This document shows, piece after piece, positions 48,219 through 57,512 of a stretch of 64,000 nt of DNA; position 1 is the stretch's first letter; each line of letters opens with the position of its first letter. The position numbers and the translations under genes were made by a program. This DNA comes from Candidatus Latescibacterota bacterium (GTDB lineage Bacteria; Latescibacterota; UBA2968; GCA-2709665). The notes under the pieces are model-generated. The model worked only from the letters and a program-made list of their open reading frames with translations. It did not search any database and was not told the DNA's origin. The stretch lies in NCBI GenBank assembly GCA_965248435.1, contig OZ252100.1:4416001-4480000 (forward strand). Direction: 5' to 3'.

Positions 48219-50016
48219 CTAGAAATCGGTTTTGATGCCCGTAGTGAATGTCCGCGGAAGCCCGGGGCGAAGGCCAGCGGGACGACGGGATGCAACATAT
48301 TCTTCATCGGTCAAATTCCGCACCGCCCCGAACAGTCTGGTGTTTCCAGGGACTGCCCACTCAATTGAAGCGTCTATGATAAAGTGGGCATCCGTAATCT
48401 GTTCGTCGATGATCTGTCCCGATCCCGCCACGGTACGCATGCGACTTGAGTACTTGCCGCTCAAGTCAATGCCCCAGGTGCCGTTTGAGATGCCGAGGTT
48501 CAAGAAAAGCTGATGCTTGGGTATGTACGGCAGCTCGTCTCCGGACTGGACCTTCCCCCAGGGAGAAAAGCTACTCTCAAAATCACTCCTGAATTCCGTG
48601 TGGGTGTAAGTGTAAAAGACGCGAACGGGAACCGAGAGCCTGGATCCGATTGCAGGACCCCAATCGTTCCCCGCGTTGAGTTCCAAACCTCTGGAGATTG
48701 CTTCTCCACCGTTAAACTGGTCGCCAGTTCCTTCGCCTCCGGCAGCCGCGAGGTCTGAGCCGAGCAGGTTGCTGTAATCGTTGAAATAGATGACGGCCTG
48801 TACGTTAAAGGTGTCCTTCAGGTAGCGCAGGCCGAACTCGTAGTTGATGCTATTTTCCGGGTCCGTGCCTTCCTTTGACCCCGGGGGCGCAAACCCCTTG
48901 TGTATGCCCGCGAAGGCGCTCCCGGTTGGGCTGATTTTGTAATCGATGCCGATGCCGGGGATCCATACACCTACGCCGTTTTCCCTCCAGCTCAAATCGC
49001 CACCCAAGCGACCTGGGTCGTTCTTCCCGTAATCATTTCGCTCGATGTTAATATTCTCGTAGCGCAGGCCGGGTGTAGCGGTGAAAGTCCCAAAGCTAAC
49101 CTTGTAGTGGGCGAACGATGCGAACGCGGTTGCCGTTTCTACGCGGTTGCTCTCGGTTCCCCGCTCACCGGCTTCCTTCAAAAGCATGACTGAATCGGCC
49201 ATCTTGTATTTATCAACCCACTGAAAGCGGTCTATCTCATCTCTATGATAGCGAAGACCGATTTCTATGTCGTGCTTTACTGGACTTCCGTCTGACCGAA
49301 GCCCGATCACTGTTTGGATACCCTGGGCATAGTATTCGCGATTGTTTGCTTTGACTTCGAGCGCATTGTCGCTGGAGTTCGTGCTTCCAGTTACGATGGC
49401 ATACTCTGCTGAGTAATTCGATGGATCCTTCAACAGACTGGATATTGAGACACGGCTGCCCTCTGCCGTAGCTCTCACTCTGTCCAGCTTGTACCAGTTG
49501 CGCTGAAAATCACTTCTGTAAAGTGCTACCGTGAGGTTGAAGAATTCGTTCGGCAGGAGGAAGTATCGGGCCTGGACCTGTTCGTGTTCTGCCTTCATCT
49601 CGTCGATCTGGGAGCCGGCATAGCGGCGGTAGGGGGTTGCGAAAAAATCCGTATCCGTGAGCCCGAGATAGGTCTCATTAGAGAGTTCTTCGGTTTGGCC
49701 CAACTTCAAAGTCAACTCGTGGTAGACGTCAGCATCCCGGTCCGTGTTGACGCGAACTTTCGCGATGAAATCCTTTTTGTCGAACCCCGTGTTTCCCCCG
49801 CCGTCGAGTACTTTGAAACCGTCGACATTGGCAAGGTAGGTTTCAATCAGCCACCCGAAGTTTCTGTGCGCGTTCCCCAGGTAAGCGTGTATGTTGCGTG
49901 AGCCGTCCTGGCCGAAGAGAATGTGGGTCCGACCGCCGAAGCTGCGGGGGATCGCCGTTGAGAGCATGTTGAGGGCTCCCCCTGTGGTATAGGGTCCCTG
50001 CTTGATCTGGCTTGAA
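48219..50016 (-). pseudogene. FecA-like TonB-dependent receptor, 5'-truncated (no signal peptide, most of plug missing)
   Basis: Similarity begins at SSQIKQGPYTTGGALN (end of plug); barrel with ETYLGLT, NLTDEEY, RPGLPR, terminal F. Confidence 0.8.
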
Positions 50017-50094
50017 GTGAAGATCATGTTACGGTAAAGCCATATCCCCGCTTCGAGATTGAGCCAGATAACGAGCTAATAACATCGTTTAAAT

Positions 50095-50880
50095 ATGGGA
50101 CTTGGGATGGATTCGACCGATATCGCCGTGATCGTTACGACCCACAACTATGCGCACTACCTGTCGGCGTGTCTGCAATCTGTGAAGTCGCAGACCCTCA
50201 GCCCCAAGGAAATCCTGGTCGTGGACGACGCAAGCGAGGATGACACAGCGGATGTCGTCCGAGGGTTTCCTGGGGCGAACTACGCCCGTGTGGTGTTCAG
50301 GAACGGAAACAAGGCCCGTAACTTCGGATTTTCCAACGTGGACGCGGAGCGGGTCGTCTTCTTCGATGCGGATAACGAGATGGAGCCGGATTTCCTGGAG
50401 ACGTTAAACCGAACCCTGGACTATGACGGTAGCGCAGGTTTTGCCTACTCCGACCGAATCAACTTTGGAGAGGGGGATGTTTCCTGGTACCCGGAACCGA
50501 TGGGGCTGTGGAAATCCAGGGTATTTGACGCCTCGCTGATCAGGGAACACAACTACATAGACCTTGCCTCTATGATGAGAGCATCCATTTTCCCGGGCTT
50601 CGACGAAACGCTTTCGCGATATCAGGACTGGGATCTCTGGCTGAATATCGTGATCAGGCGTGGGGGTCGGGGGCACTATGTTCCGAAGCCGCTCTACCGC
50701 TATCGTGTCCACAGCGGGAGTGTATCCAGCCGTGAAGATCGGAACCGTGCCGTCTGGCACATCCGCCGCAAATACCGGCTTGGTCCTTACTTCTCACTGC
50801 CGTGGGTGAGGGATTCGTTCGTATTATACAACGGGCTGCAGCGGGTCAAGTCAGGAGTGAGTGGATTGTTTTCTCACTAG
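50095..50880 (+). CDS. Glycosyltransferase family 2
   Basis: VIVTTHNY, VVDDASED, ARNFG, FFDAD, QDWDLWL, YRYRVH. Confidence 0.9.
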   Translation: MGLGMDSTDIAVIVTTHNYAHYLSACLQSVKSQTLSPKEILVVDDASEDDTADVVRGFPGANYARVVFRNGNKARNFGFSNVDAERVVFFDADNEMEPDFLETLNRTLDYDGSAGFAYSDRINFGEGDVSWYPEPMGLWKSRVFDASLIREHNYIDLASMMRASIFPGFDETLSRYQDWDLWLNIVIRRGGRGHYVPKPLYRYRVHSGSVSSREDRNRAVWHIRRKYRLGPYFSLPWVRDSFVLYNGLQRVKSGVSGLFSH

Positions 50881-51184
50881 GAAGCGGTGTCACGTCAGTG
50901 GAGCGGGGGACAGATAGGGTGGGGTTGAACAGGAAGGGTTGGATTGTTAACGTGTTTCGAAATATATCTTACAGCGGATAGAAACCGGATTGGATTCTGC
51001 TTGATTCGTGATGAGACCGTTCTTATCTTTTTGACGTGCAGACGGCAGTAAATGAAAAGTCCCCCTTTTCAAGCCGATCTGCGCACACCCCTCGACGCAG
51101 CCTCCCCCTTAACATCTCCCTCTAAAGCCAGCAAGATTGGTTCGTGCTGATCCACGGATTGAAGTCCAGGATCGAGGAGGACCT

Positions 51185-51544
51185 ATGGCCTTCGTTCTTG
51201 TCGTCGATGACGACCAGACTGTGAGATCCATTGTCGGGCGCATCCTCAGCATAAAGGGATACAGCGTAAGGGAGGCGTGTGGTGGAGGCGAGGCTTTAGA
51301 CGCGATGGAGGCTCAGCCACCTGATCTTGTCGTCAGCGACGTCGACATGCCGGGCATGGACGGATTCGAGTTCTTGTCTGAAGCCCGTGCCAGAGGTTTC
51401 CGAAACGCATTCATCGGTATGTCGGGAAGGGAGCTGGATAGGCAGGGATTCGATGCCTTCCTTGCAAAACCGTTTCGAATGGAGCGGATGCTCGAAGTGG
51501 TGGCGGAGGTGCTTTCCGAAAGAGCAGCAGTGTCCGAGCATTGA
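51185..51544 (+). CDS. Single-domain response regulator
   Basis: GAGGAGG RBS; VLVVDDD, DLVVSDVDMPGMDG, AKPF. Confidence 0.9.
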   Translation: MAFVLVVDDDQTVRSIVGRILSIKGYSVREACGGGEALDAMEAQPPDLVVSDVDMPGMDGFEFLSEARARGFRNAFIGMSGRELDRQGFDAFLAKPFRMERMLEVVAEVLSERAAVSEH

Positions 51545-51569
51545 AGCCAAAATTTCGAGATCGAATAAG

Positions 51570-51605
51570 AAATGCCACTTCCTAAAGTCAAGGAAGTGGC
51601 ATTTT
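51570..51605. terminator. Bidirectional terminator
   Basis: AAATGCCACTTCCT-loop-AGGAAGTGGCATTT between convergent genes. Confidence 0.75.
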
Positions 51606-51611
51606 GTTTGA

Positions 51612-52154
51612 TCAAAATCCAAGATAGGTTAGGAACTTTTTCTTGCCCTTGTGTTTGCGCTTCCGATTCCAGTCCTCCAGCTTTTCGTAATACGGCTCCT
51701 CTTCTTTTTCTTCCCAGGCGCACAAGGCTTTAAGCTCTTTCGTTGTGTTGTGCCCGTCAAGCTCATAGAGACATTCGACGGAATCGCTGATGCTGAGGAA
51801 TTCGATTTTATCTTTTTCATCGAATTCGATGTCAAAGGGATAGCGTCGGCACGTGACGGGACGGTGTTCATATATCGTACAGAGATCGTCTTCTCCAAGA
51901 TACTCACAGCCATTTTTGTTCCGCCGAAGGCCCATAATACGCCGTCCGGAATTCAGTTTGATCCATCCAGGCTCCCGCTTTCCCCATTCTATCTCACTCG
52001 GTTTGTAAAAATCGACGATTTCCTTAGCGGTCTCTCCGGTATGCTTCATGATACGCTTAACATCTTCGTCCGTAACAAGAACGATTGGCTCTTTGCAGCA
52101 GTTGGCGCAACTCGTACACCGAAAATCAAGAAGATGTTTCCATTCCTTAGCCAA
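51612..52154 (-). CDS. YkgJ-family (CxxCxxCC) Zn/Fe cysteine-cluster protein
   Basis: FRCTSCANCC, CEYL, CTIYEHRPVTCRRYPF; promoter TTGACT-17-TAATAT at 52234-52206. Confidence 0.85.
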   Translation of the reverse strand: MAKEWKHLLDFRCTSCANCCKEPIVLVTDEDVKRIMKHTGETAKEIVDFYKPSEIEWGKREPGWIKLNSGRRIMGLRRNKNGCEYLGEDDLCTIYEHRPVTCRRYPFDIEFDEKDKIEFLSISDSVECLYELDGHNTTKELKALCAWEEKEEEPYYEKLEDWNRKRKHKGKKKFLTYLGF

Positions 52155-52433
52155 TTTAAGACCTCAAGATGGTGAAGGGCCAGAGTGTGCTGACATATTC
52201 AATATATATTAGGTCGAGGCGTTTGGATAGTCAAGCACCATCATCTGCAGAAAGCCAATTCCAGAGATTTGCCTTTCACAGCATCGGGGTCCGTGTTATA
52301 TTTTTCGAGGTTGTTGAAGGGATGTCTCAGTGAATACCATTTGGCGGAAGCAGATGGATAGACTGTCCAAGCTATGTAGCTGACTTCTGCGAGCTGCCTT
52401 TCTGGTGTCGGGCACCTTGCGTGGGGCCTATGC

Positions 52434-53009
52434 GTGGGTGAGCCAGCTGATAAGCCATTCGAGGGGATCGCACCGGTTCTCGATCCCTTTTGGACCCTGC
52501 CGAATCTGATCAGCCTTGCACGGATTCTGCTTGTCGTTCCAGCAGTCTGGTTCGTGTGGCTGGGTGCCTTCACCCGATGGTGGGCCCTTGCGTGCGTCCT
52601 GTTGATGGCCGCGACCGACTTTCTGGACGGTCACCTGGCTCGGAAACGGGACGAGGCTACGCGATGGGGAAGAATCCTGGATCCCCTTGCGGACAAGATT
52701 GCGATCGGCACGATTGCGATCGCCCTTGTGGTTTCAAGGGGGCTTTCCCCCTGGCTGGCAGGTGCGATCGTCGGTCGAGACCTTGTCATTCTATTCGCCG
52801 GAATAATTGCGATCAAGAGGATCAGCGTTGTACCGGTTTCAAACTTCTGGGGTAAGCTCACGACTATGGTTATGTGTCTTCTGGGCATCATTTTTGTTAG
52901 CGACCTGGAGGTCTTGAAGATTCCGGTGACGGTTACCGCGGCGGCGGCTATCGCGGCGTCCTCTCTGAGCTATGTGATCGGGATCCTCAGAGGCCGATGT
53001 TGGAAGTGA
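52434..53009 (+). CDS. CDP-alcohol phosphatidyltransferase (PgsA-like)
   Basis: TLPNLISLARI, TDFLDGHLAR, GRILDPLADK, GK. Confidence 0.9.
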   Translation: MGEPADKPFEGIAPVLDPFWTLPNLISLARILLVVPAVWFVWLGAFTRWWALACVLLMAATDFLDGHLARKRDEATRWGRILDPLADKIAIGTIAIALVVSRGLSPWLAGAIVGRDLVILFAGIIAIKRISVVPVSNFWGKLTTMVMCLLGIIFVSDLEVLKIPVTVTAAAAIAASSLSYVIGILRGRCWK

Positions 53010-53030
53010 CGCCACGAGGTTACCGATTCT

Positions 53031-53729
53031 GTGAAGAGGGCTGTGTTTGACATCAGCGTGATCATCCCCGTTTTCAACGAGGCCACTACCGTGAGCGCCT
53101 GTCTGGATCAGTTTCGCGGACTGGAAGGAACCGAAGTGGTGGTGGTAGACGGGGGCAGTACCGACCGGACGAAGGAGTTGGTGGAAACCAGCGAGGTCGC
53201 CAGATGGGTTTCCTCGCCGCAAACAGGCCGCGGGCCTCAGATGAATACGGGCGTGCAGTCTACTTCGGGGGATGTTCTACTTTTTCTTCACGCCGATACA
53301 TCTTTGCCTGATGGGTGGCGCAGAATGATCCTGGACTCCCTGAGTGATCCTGAGGTCGTCGGGGGCCGATTCCGTCTTGGGCTTACAGAAGATTCATTGT
53401 CCTACAGACTGATTGCGACCGCCAGTACCTTGAGGTCCCGATACCTGAGGATCACATACGGAGATCAGGGAATCTACGTGCGGCGCTCTGTATTCGAACA
53501 CGTCGGAGGATTTCCACCGGTTCAGATCTTCGAGGATTCAGAATTCTGTTCGAGGGTCTCGAAGATGGGACGCTTCGTGATGCTGAACGCTCGCGTGCGA
53601 AGCTCCACGCGGCGCTGGAGAAGGTGGGGCGTGTTTCGCACGGTGATCTGGATGTGGCTGTTTCGCGTGCTCTACCTTTGTTCGGTTTCCGACGCTCGGC
53701 TCAGCCGATGGTACAGAGACGTAAGATAA
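53031..53729 (+). CDS. GT2 glycosyltransferase, TIGR04283-like
   Basis: VDGGSTD, GRGPQMNTG, LFLHADT, YGDQG, FEDSEF, SSTRRW. Confidence 0.85.
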   Translation: MKRAVFDISVIIPVFNEATTVSACLDQFRGLEGTEVVVVDGGSTDRTKELVETSEVARWVSSPQTGRGPQMNTGVQSTSGDVLLFLHADTSLPDGWRRMILDSLSDPEVVGGRFRLGLTEDSLSYRLIATASTLRSRYLRITYGDQGIYVRRSVFEHVGGFPPVQIFEDSEFCSRVSKMGRFVMLNARVRSSTRRWRRWGVFRTVIWMWLFRVLYLCSVSDARLSRWYRDVR

Positions 53730-53787
53730 GACACGGGGTGTTCTTTCGATGAGTGGGCCTTTCGAACGAGAGGGTTCCGGACCCGAG

Positions 53788-54168
53788 ATGAGCGTGAAAA
53801 AGTACTTTACACCGAAAGAGGCAACTCAAACGCTTCCGCTGGTAAAGAAAATCGTCAGCGATATTCAGGAAACCGGTCACCGCTTCAGGGAAAGAATAGA
53901 GGAGCTTGGCACGGAGGCCTCTGAAGACCCGGAAGTGAAGCGCATGGCTGATGAACTTGACGATCTCCTACAGGAGCTCGAGGACCTGGGATGCACCTAC
54001 AAAGACCCGAGTTTCTCGAAGGGGCTCGTGGACTTTCCCGCGATCATCGATGACGAGGAAGTCTTGCTCTGCTGGCAGAGCGATGAAGCGGAGATCACAT
54101 ATTACCACTCGCCAGAGGCTGGATTTCCGGGACGAAAGCCTATTCCTAAAGCACACTTCGAGCCGTAG
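53788..54168 (+). CDS. DUF2203-like protein
   Basis: YFTPKEATQTLPLV, KD..GLVDFP, LCW..E.EI.YYH...GFPGRKP. Confidence 0.8.
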   Translation: MSVKKYFTPKEATQTLPLVKKIVSDIQETGHRFRERIEELGTEASEDPEVKRMADELDDLLQELEDLGCTYKDPSFSKGLVDFPAIIDDEEVLLCWQSDEAEITYYHSPEAGFPGRKPIPKAHFEP

Positions 54169-54192
54169 AGACGACTTTCCGGACGTCTCTAC
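54165..54192 (+). repeat. GTAGAGAC-type REP
   Basis: GTAGAGACG-10 nt-CGTCTCTAC; the TAG stop of the upstream gene lies in the GTAG. Confidence 0.7.
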
Positions 54193-54222
54193 AGTGATTT
54201 TCACCTGTAGCCGATCGTTCCC

Positions 54223-55299
54223 ATGCCGAAGATCCTGGTTGCAAACTCGGATGAAGGTGCCCAGAAGAAATTTGTCGAGGCGTTGACTTCTGATGGGCAC
54301 ACCTTTTCACTTTGCTCGAACGGCGAGTCTGTTCGCAAAGCGATCTCTGGGGGGGCCCCCGACCTTGTGATTCTGGATGTGGACCTGCCTGACCTGGATG
54401 TCTTTGAGATGGTGGAGATTTTGGGGGACACAACGTCCGGAAAAGGGATTCCCATCATCGTGGTCGAGTCAGACGCGAGCGAACCACTGGATCAAGTTCA
54501 ATCCGGACATTCCAGGTTCACCTGGATGGGCATGTCGACTGGTCCGGAGGATCTTCGTAATATCATTAGGGCGAAGCTTTCCGGGATGAATGAGGGTGGC
54601 CAGGGCAAGATCCTCGTAGTGGACGACGATTCGAATATCCGGAATGCACTCACCCATAGGCTCAAGCGGGAAGGGTATGATACAAGGATGGCCCACGACG
54701 GACTGGAAGGCCTGGAGGCCCTGGAAGACGGCCCCGACCTCGTGCTGCTGGACGTCGCGATGCCGAACCTGGACGGATTCGGGTTTCTGGAGAGGATGAG
54801 AGAGGAGTCACGCTTCAGAGAGATTCCAGTGATTGTTATGACGGCCCACGCCCACGACGCAGATGAGGTAGCCCGGGGGCTTTCGCTGGGGGCGAACGAC
54901 TACGTGCGGAAGCCTTTCGAGTGGACGGAACTGTTCGCCCGTGCCCGGACACAGCTCAGAATCCGGGAGCTCAACCGGCTTGTTGTGGAGAAACAGCGAG
55001 ACCTGGCAGTGATCGAACTGGCCGGGGCAGCCGCACACGAGATCAACAATCCGCTTGCCGTGGTGATGGCGCGGCTTGAGCTGATTCTTTCGCACATGAA
55101 AAAAGGCGACGAGATGTTCCGGCCGCTGAATCAGATCGACCAACTGGTTCGCCGTATTGCAATTGTGGTCGAAAAGATGGGGCAGGTTCGGAGTTATCAG
55201 GTGCGCAACTACTGTGGTGGGATCGACATTCTGGATCTGGAAGGCGCGTCGTCTCAAAGTGCGGAGCGCGGATCCAACCCAAATGAGCAAGGTGAATAG
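54223..55299 (+). CDS. REC-REC-HisKA signalling protein without HATPase domain
   Basis: Degenerate first REC, canonical second REC (VVDDD, LLDVAMP, KPF), H-box AHEINNPL, then short tail. Confidence 0.8.
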   Translation: MPKILVANSDEGAQKKFVEALTSDGHTFSLCSNGESVRKAISGGAPDLVILDVDLPDLDVFEMVEILGDTTSGKGIPIIVVESDASEPLDQVQSGHSRFTWMGMSTGPEDLRNIIRAKLSGMNEGGQGKILVVDDDSNIRNALTHRLKREGYDTRMAHDGLEGLEALEDGPDLVLLDVAMPNLDGFGFLERMREESRFREIPVIVMTAHAHDADEVARGLSLGANDYVRKPFEWTELFARARTQLRIRELNRLVVEKQRDLAVIELAGAAAHEINNPLAVVMARLELILSHMKKGDEMFRPLNQIDQLVRRIAIVVEKMGQVRSYQVRNYCGGIDILDLEGASSQSAERGSNPNEQGE

Positions 55300-55319
55300 T
55301 TTATCAGGATGAGGGCAGG

Positions 55320-56306
55320 ATGAGCGGCACGGCGCTGCGTGGATTTGCGGCTGGTTCAGCGGATGAGTTCGTTCCCAACTACGTCAGACTCCACGAGTCG
55401 GGTGAGATCGAGAGAAGGGCGGAAGAATCTCTCGCCGGCCTGGCCTCCTGCAGGGTCTGCCCGTGGGACTGCGAAATCGATCGCTTGAAGGACGAGAAGA
55501 AAGTCTGCCGGACGGGCCGGTATGCCCGGGTTTCCAGCCACTTCCCACACTTCGGAGAGGAAGATTGTTTGCGTGGATGGAGAGGGAGCGGGACGATCTT
55601 CTTCGCCTGGTGTAACCTGAGGTGCGTTTTTTGTCAGAACTTCGACATCAGTCAGAAGGAAGCCGGTGTTGAGGTGACGCCCGAGCGACTTGCCGAGTTG
55701 ATGTTGGAACTTCAGGACACGGGCTGCCACAACATCAACTTCGTGACGCCCGAACACGTGGTCCCACAGATCCTGGAGGCGCTTCCGTATGCGATTCGCG
55801 GGGGGCTTCGCCTGCCGATCGTATACAATACGAGCGCTTTCGATTCACTGGAAAGCATTCGGCAGATGGACGGAATCGTGGATATCTACATGCCGGATTT
55901 CAAGTATTGGGATGAGGAGAAGGCCAGGCGATACGTCAAGTCACCCTGCTACCCGGAGGCGGCTCGGGCGGCCATCCGGGAGATGCACCGGCAGGTCGGG
56001 GACCTCACGGTGGACGAGCAGGGTCTGGCGCGCCGGGGCGTGCTGCTCCGGCACCTGGTGATGCCGGACGGTCTGGAGGAGACGAGGGAGATTATGCGGT
56101 TTGTTGCGACCGAAATTTCTCCGGATACTTATGTCAACATGATGGGACAGTACTATCCGGCTGGGAAGGTGAGCGAAGAAAAATACGAAGAGATCAACCG
56201 ACGGACGGACGGCCAAGAGATGTCCGAGGCCTTTCAGTTTGCCAGCGACGCGGGCCTGCATCGATTTGACGAGCGGAGGCAGCTTCAGGCCGTTTGGATG
56301 CGGTAG
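55320..56306 (+). CDS. PflX-like radical SAM protein
   Basis: CRVCPWDC, HFGEE, GSGTIFF..CNLRCVFCQN, HNINFVTP, DIYMPDFKY, RHLVMP. Confidence 0.9.
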   Translation: MSGTALRGFAAGSADEFVPNYVRLHESGEIERRAEESLAGLASCRVCPWDCEIDRLKDEKKVCRTGRYARVSSHFPHFGEEDCLRGWRGSGTIFFAWCNLRCVFCQNFDISQKEAGVEVTPERLAELMLELQDTGCHNINFVTPEHVVPQILEALPYAIRGGLRLPIVYNTSAFDSLESIRQMDGIVDIYMPDFKYWDEEKARRYVKSPCYPEAARAAIREMHRQVGDLTVDEQGLARRGVLLRHLVMPDGLEETREIMRFVATEISPDTYVNMMGQYYPAGKVSEEKYEEINRRTDGQEMSEAFQFASDAGLHRFDERRQLQAVWMR

Positions 56307-56378
56307 AGACGCCCCGTTGGAGTGTCTCTTTGTCCAATGCACAAGCGTAAGGGGCACGCGGCCGCGTGCCCCTTACGC
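56303..56378. repeat. GTAGAGAC-type REP plus 34-bp perfect palindrome
   Basis: GTAGAGACGCCCCGTTGGAGTGTCTCT (56303-56329); GCGTAAGGGGCACGCGG|CCGCGTGCCCCTTACGC (56345-56378). Confidence 0.75.
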
Positions 56379-56406
56379 GTTTTAGAGCCTCAAAGGAACT
56401 CCAGGC

Positions 56407-57417
56407 ATGAAGATTTGCGACGTAAAAGCAGTCCACCCGGAGGCGCCCGGCGCGCCTGCGGATTGGCGCAGCTCGCTCGGCCAAATCGCTGTCTCCGTCA
56501 GGGCTGATGACGGCACCGTGGGAATCGGCGTAGGCGGCGGGGGAGCGGCCGGTGTCCACGTCGTGAATGCCGTCTTGAGGGGAGTCCTGCTCCGCAAGGA
56601 TTCAGGCGACATCGAGGCCGCGTGGCAGGAGATGTATCGCGCGACGCTTCCATTCGGGCGGAAGGGGCTTGCGATTATGGCGATCAGCGGCGTCGACCTC
56701 GCGCTTTGGGACTTGAAGGGGAAGAGGGAGGGAAAGTCCATCGTGGAACTGCTTGGGGGGTCCCGGGAGGCCAGCGTCCCTGCCTACAAGACCGCGTGGT
56801 CTGCAGAGGACGCGATCCGTGGGGCGACAGAAGGGTTTCGGGCCATAAAGGTCCACGTAGGTTCTGTGCAATCGGTAGCGCAGGTGCGCGAGACGCGGAA
56901 GGCGGTCGGCCCCGAAATGGAGGTCATGGCGGATGCCTTCATGAAGTGGGATGTCGGGACGACGCTCCGGGCGGCTGAGCAGATGGCGGAATACGACCTC
57001 AAATGGCTGGAGGAGCCGCTGCCGCCGGATGACCTGGAAGGATATGCGAGGCTGAGAGATGAAACCGCGATCGACATCGCAGGAGGAGAGCACGAGTTCA
57101 CGGCTGAGGGGTTCAGGCCGTTGATCGAGCAGAGACTTCACGCCGTAGTTCAACCGGACGTGTGCTGGTGTGGCGGTCTGACGGAGCTGTTGAAGATCTA
57201 TGCGTTGGCCGAGAACTGCGGGGTTCGGGTCTGCCCGCACCGCGGCGCTGAGGTGTGGGCGCTGCACGCGATCGCCGCGGTCGATCCGGAACCCCTGGCC
57301 GAGTCTGGACGGCCGTGGATGACGTGGGTAGAGGGTGCACCGCAGATCCAAAATGGGGTGGTGCGGCTAAACGATGCACCGGGGTTTGGCGTGACGTTTG
57401 ATTCCGTTTCTACCTGA
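56407..57417 (+). CDS. Mandelate racemase/muconate lactonizing enzyme family (rhamnonate dehydratase-like)
   Basis: AISGVDLALWDLKGK, MADA, WLEEP, AGGEHE, QPDVCWCGG, PGFGV. Confidence 0.88.
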   Translation: MKICDVKAVHPEAPGAPADWRSSLGQIAVSVRADDGTVGIGVGGGGAAGVHVVNAVLRGVLLRKDSGDIEAAWQEMYRATLPFGRKGLAIMAISGVDLALWDLKGKREGKSIVELLGGSREASVPAYKTAWSAEDAIRGATEGFRAIKVHVGSVQSVAQVRETRKAVGPEMEVMADAFMKWDVGTTLRAAEQMAEYDLKWLEEPLPPDDLEGYARLRDETAIDIAGGEHEFTAEGFRPLIEQRLHAVVQPDVCWCGGLTELLKIYALAENCGVRVCPHRGAEVWALHAIAAVDPEPLAESGRPWMTWVEGAPQIQNGVVRLNDAPGFGVTFDSVST

Positions 57418-57454
57418 GCAGCTTGCGTAGAACGCTGACCGGTAAACAAAACTC

Positions 57455-57487
57455 AGGCCCGGCGAATTTTCCGCCGGGCCTTTTTCT
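57455..57487 (+). terminator. Intrinsic terminator
   Basis: AGGCCCGGCG-loop-CGCCGGGCCTTTTT. Confidence 0.8.
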
Positions 57488-57512
57488 TGATTTCGCGTTT
57501 TGGGCCTATGGG

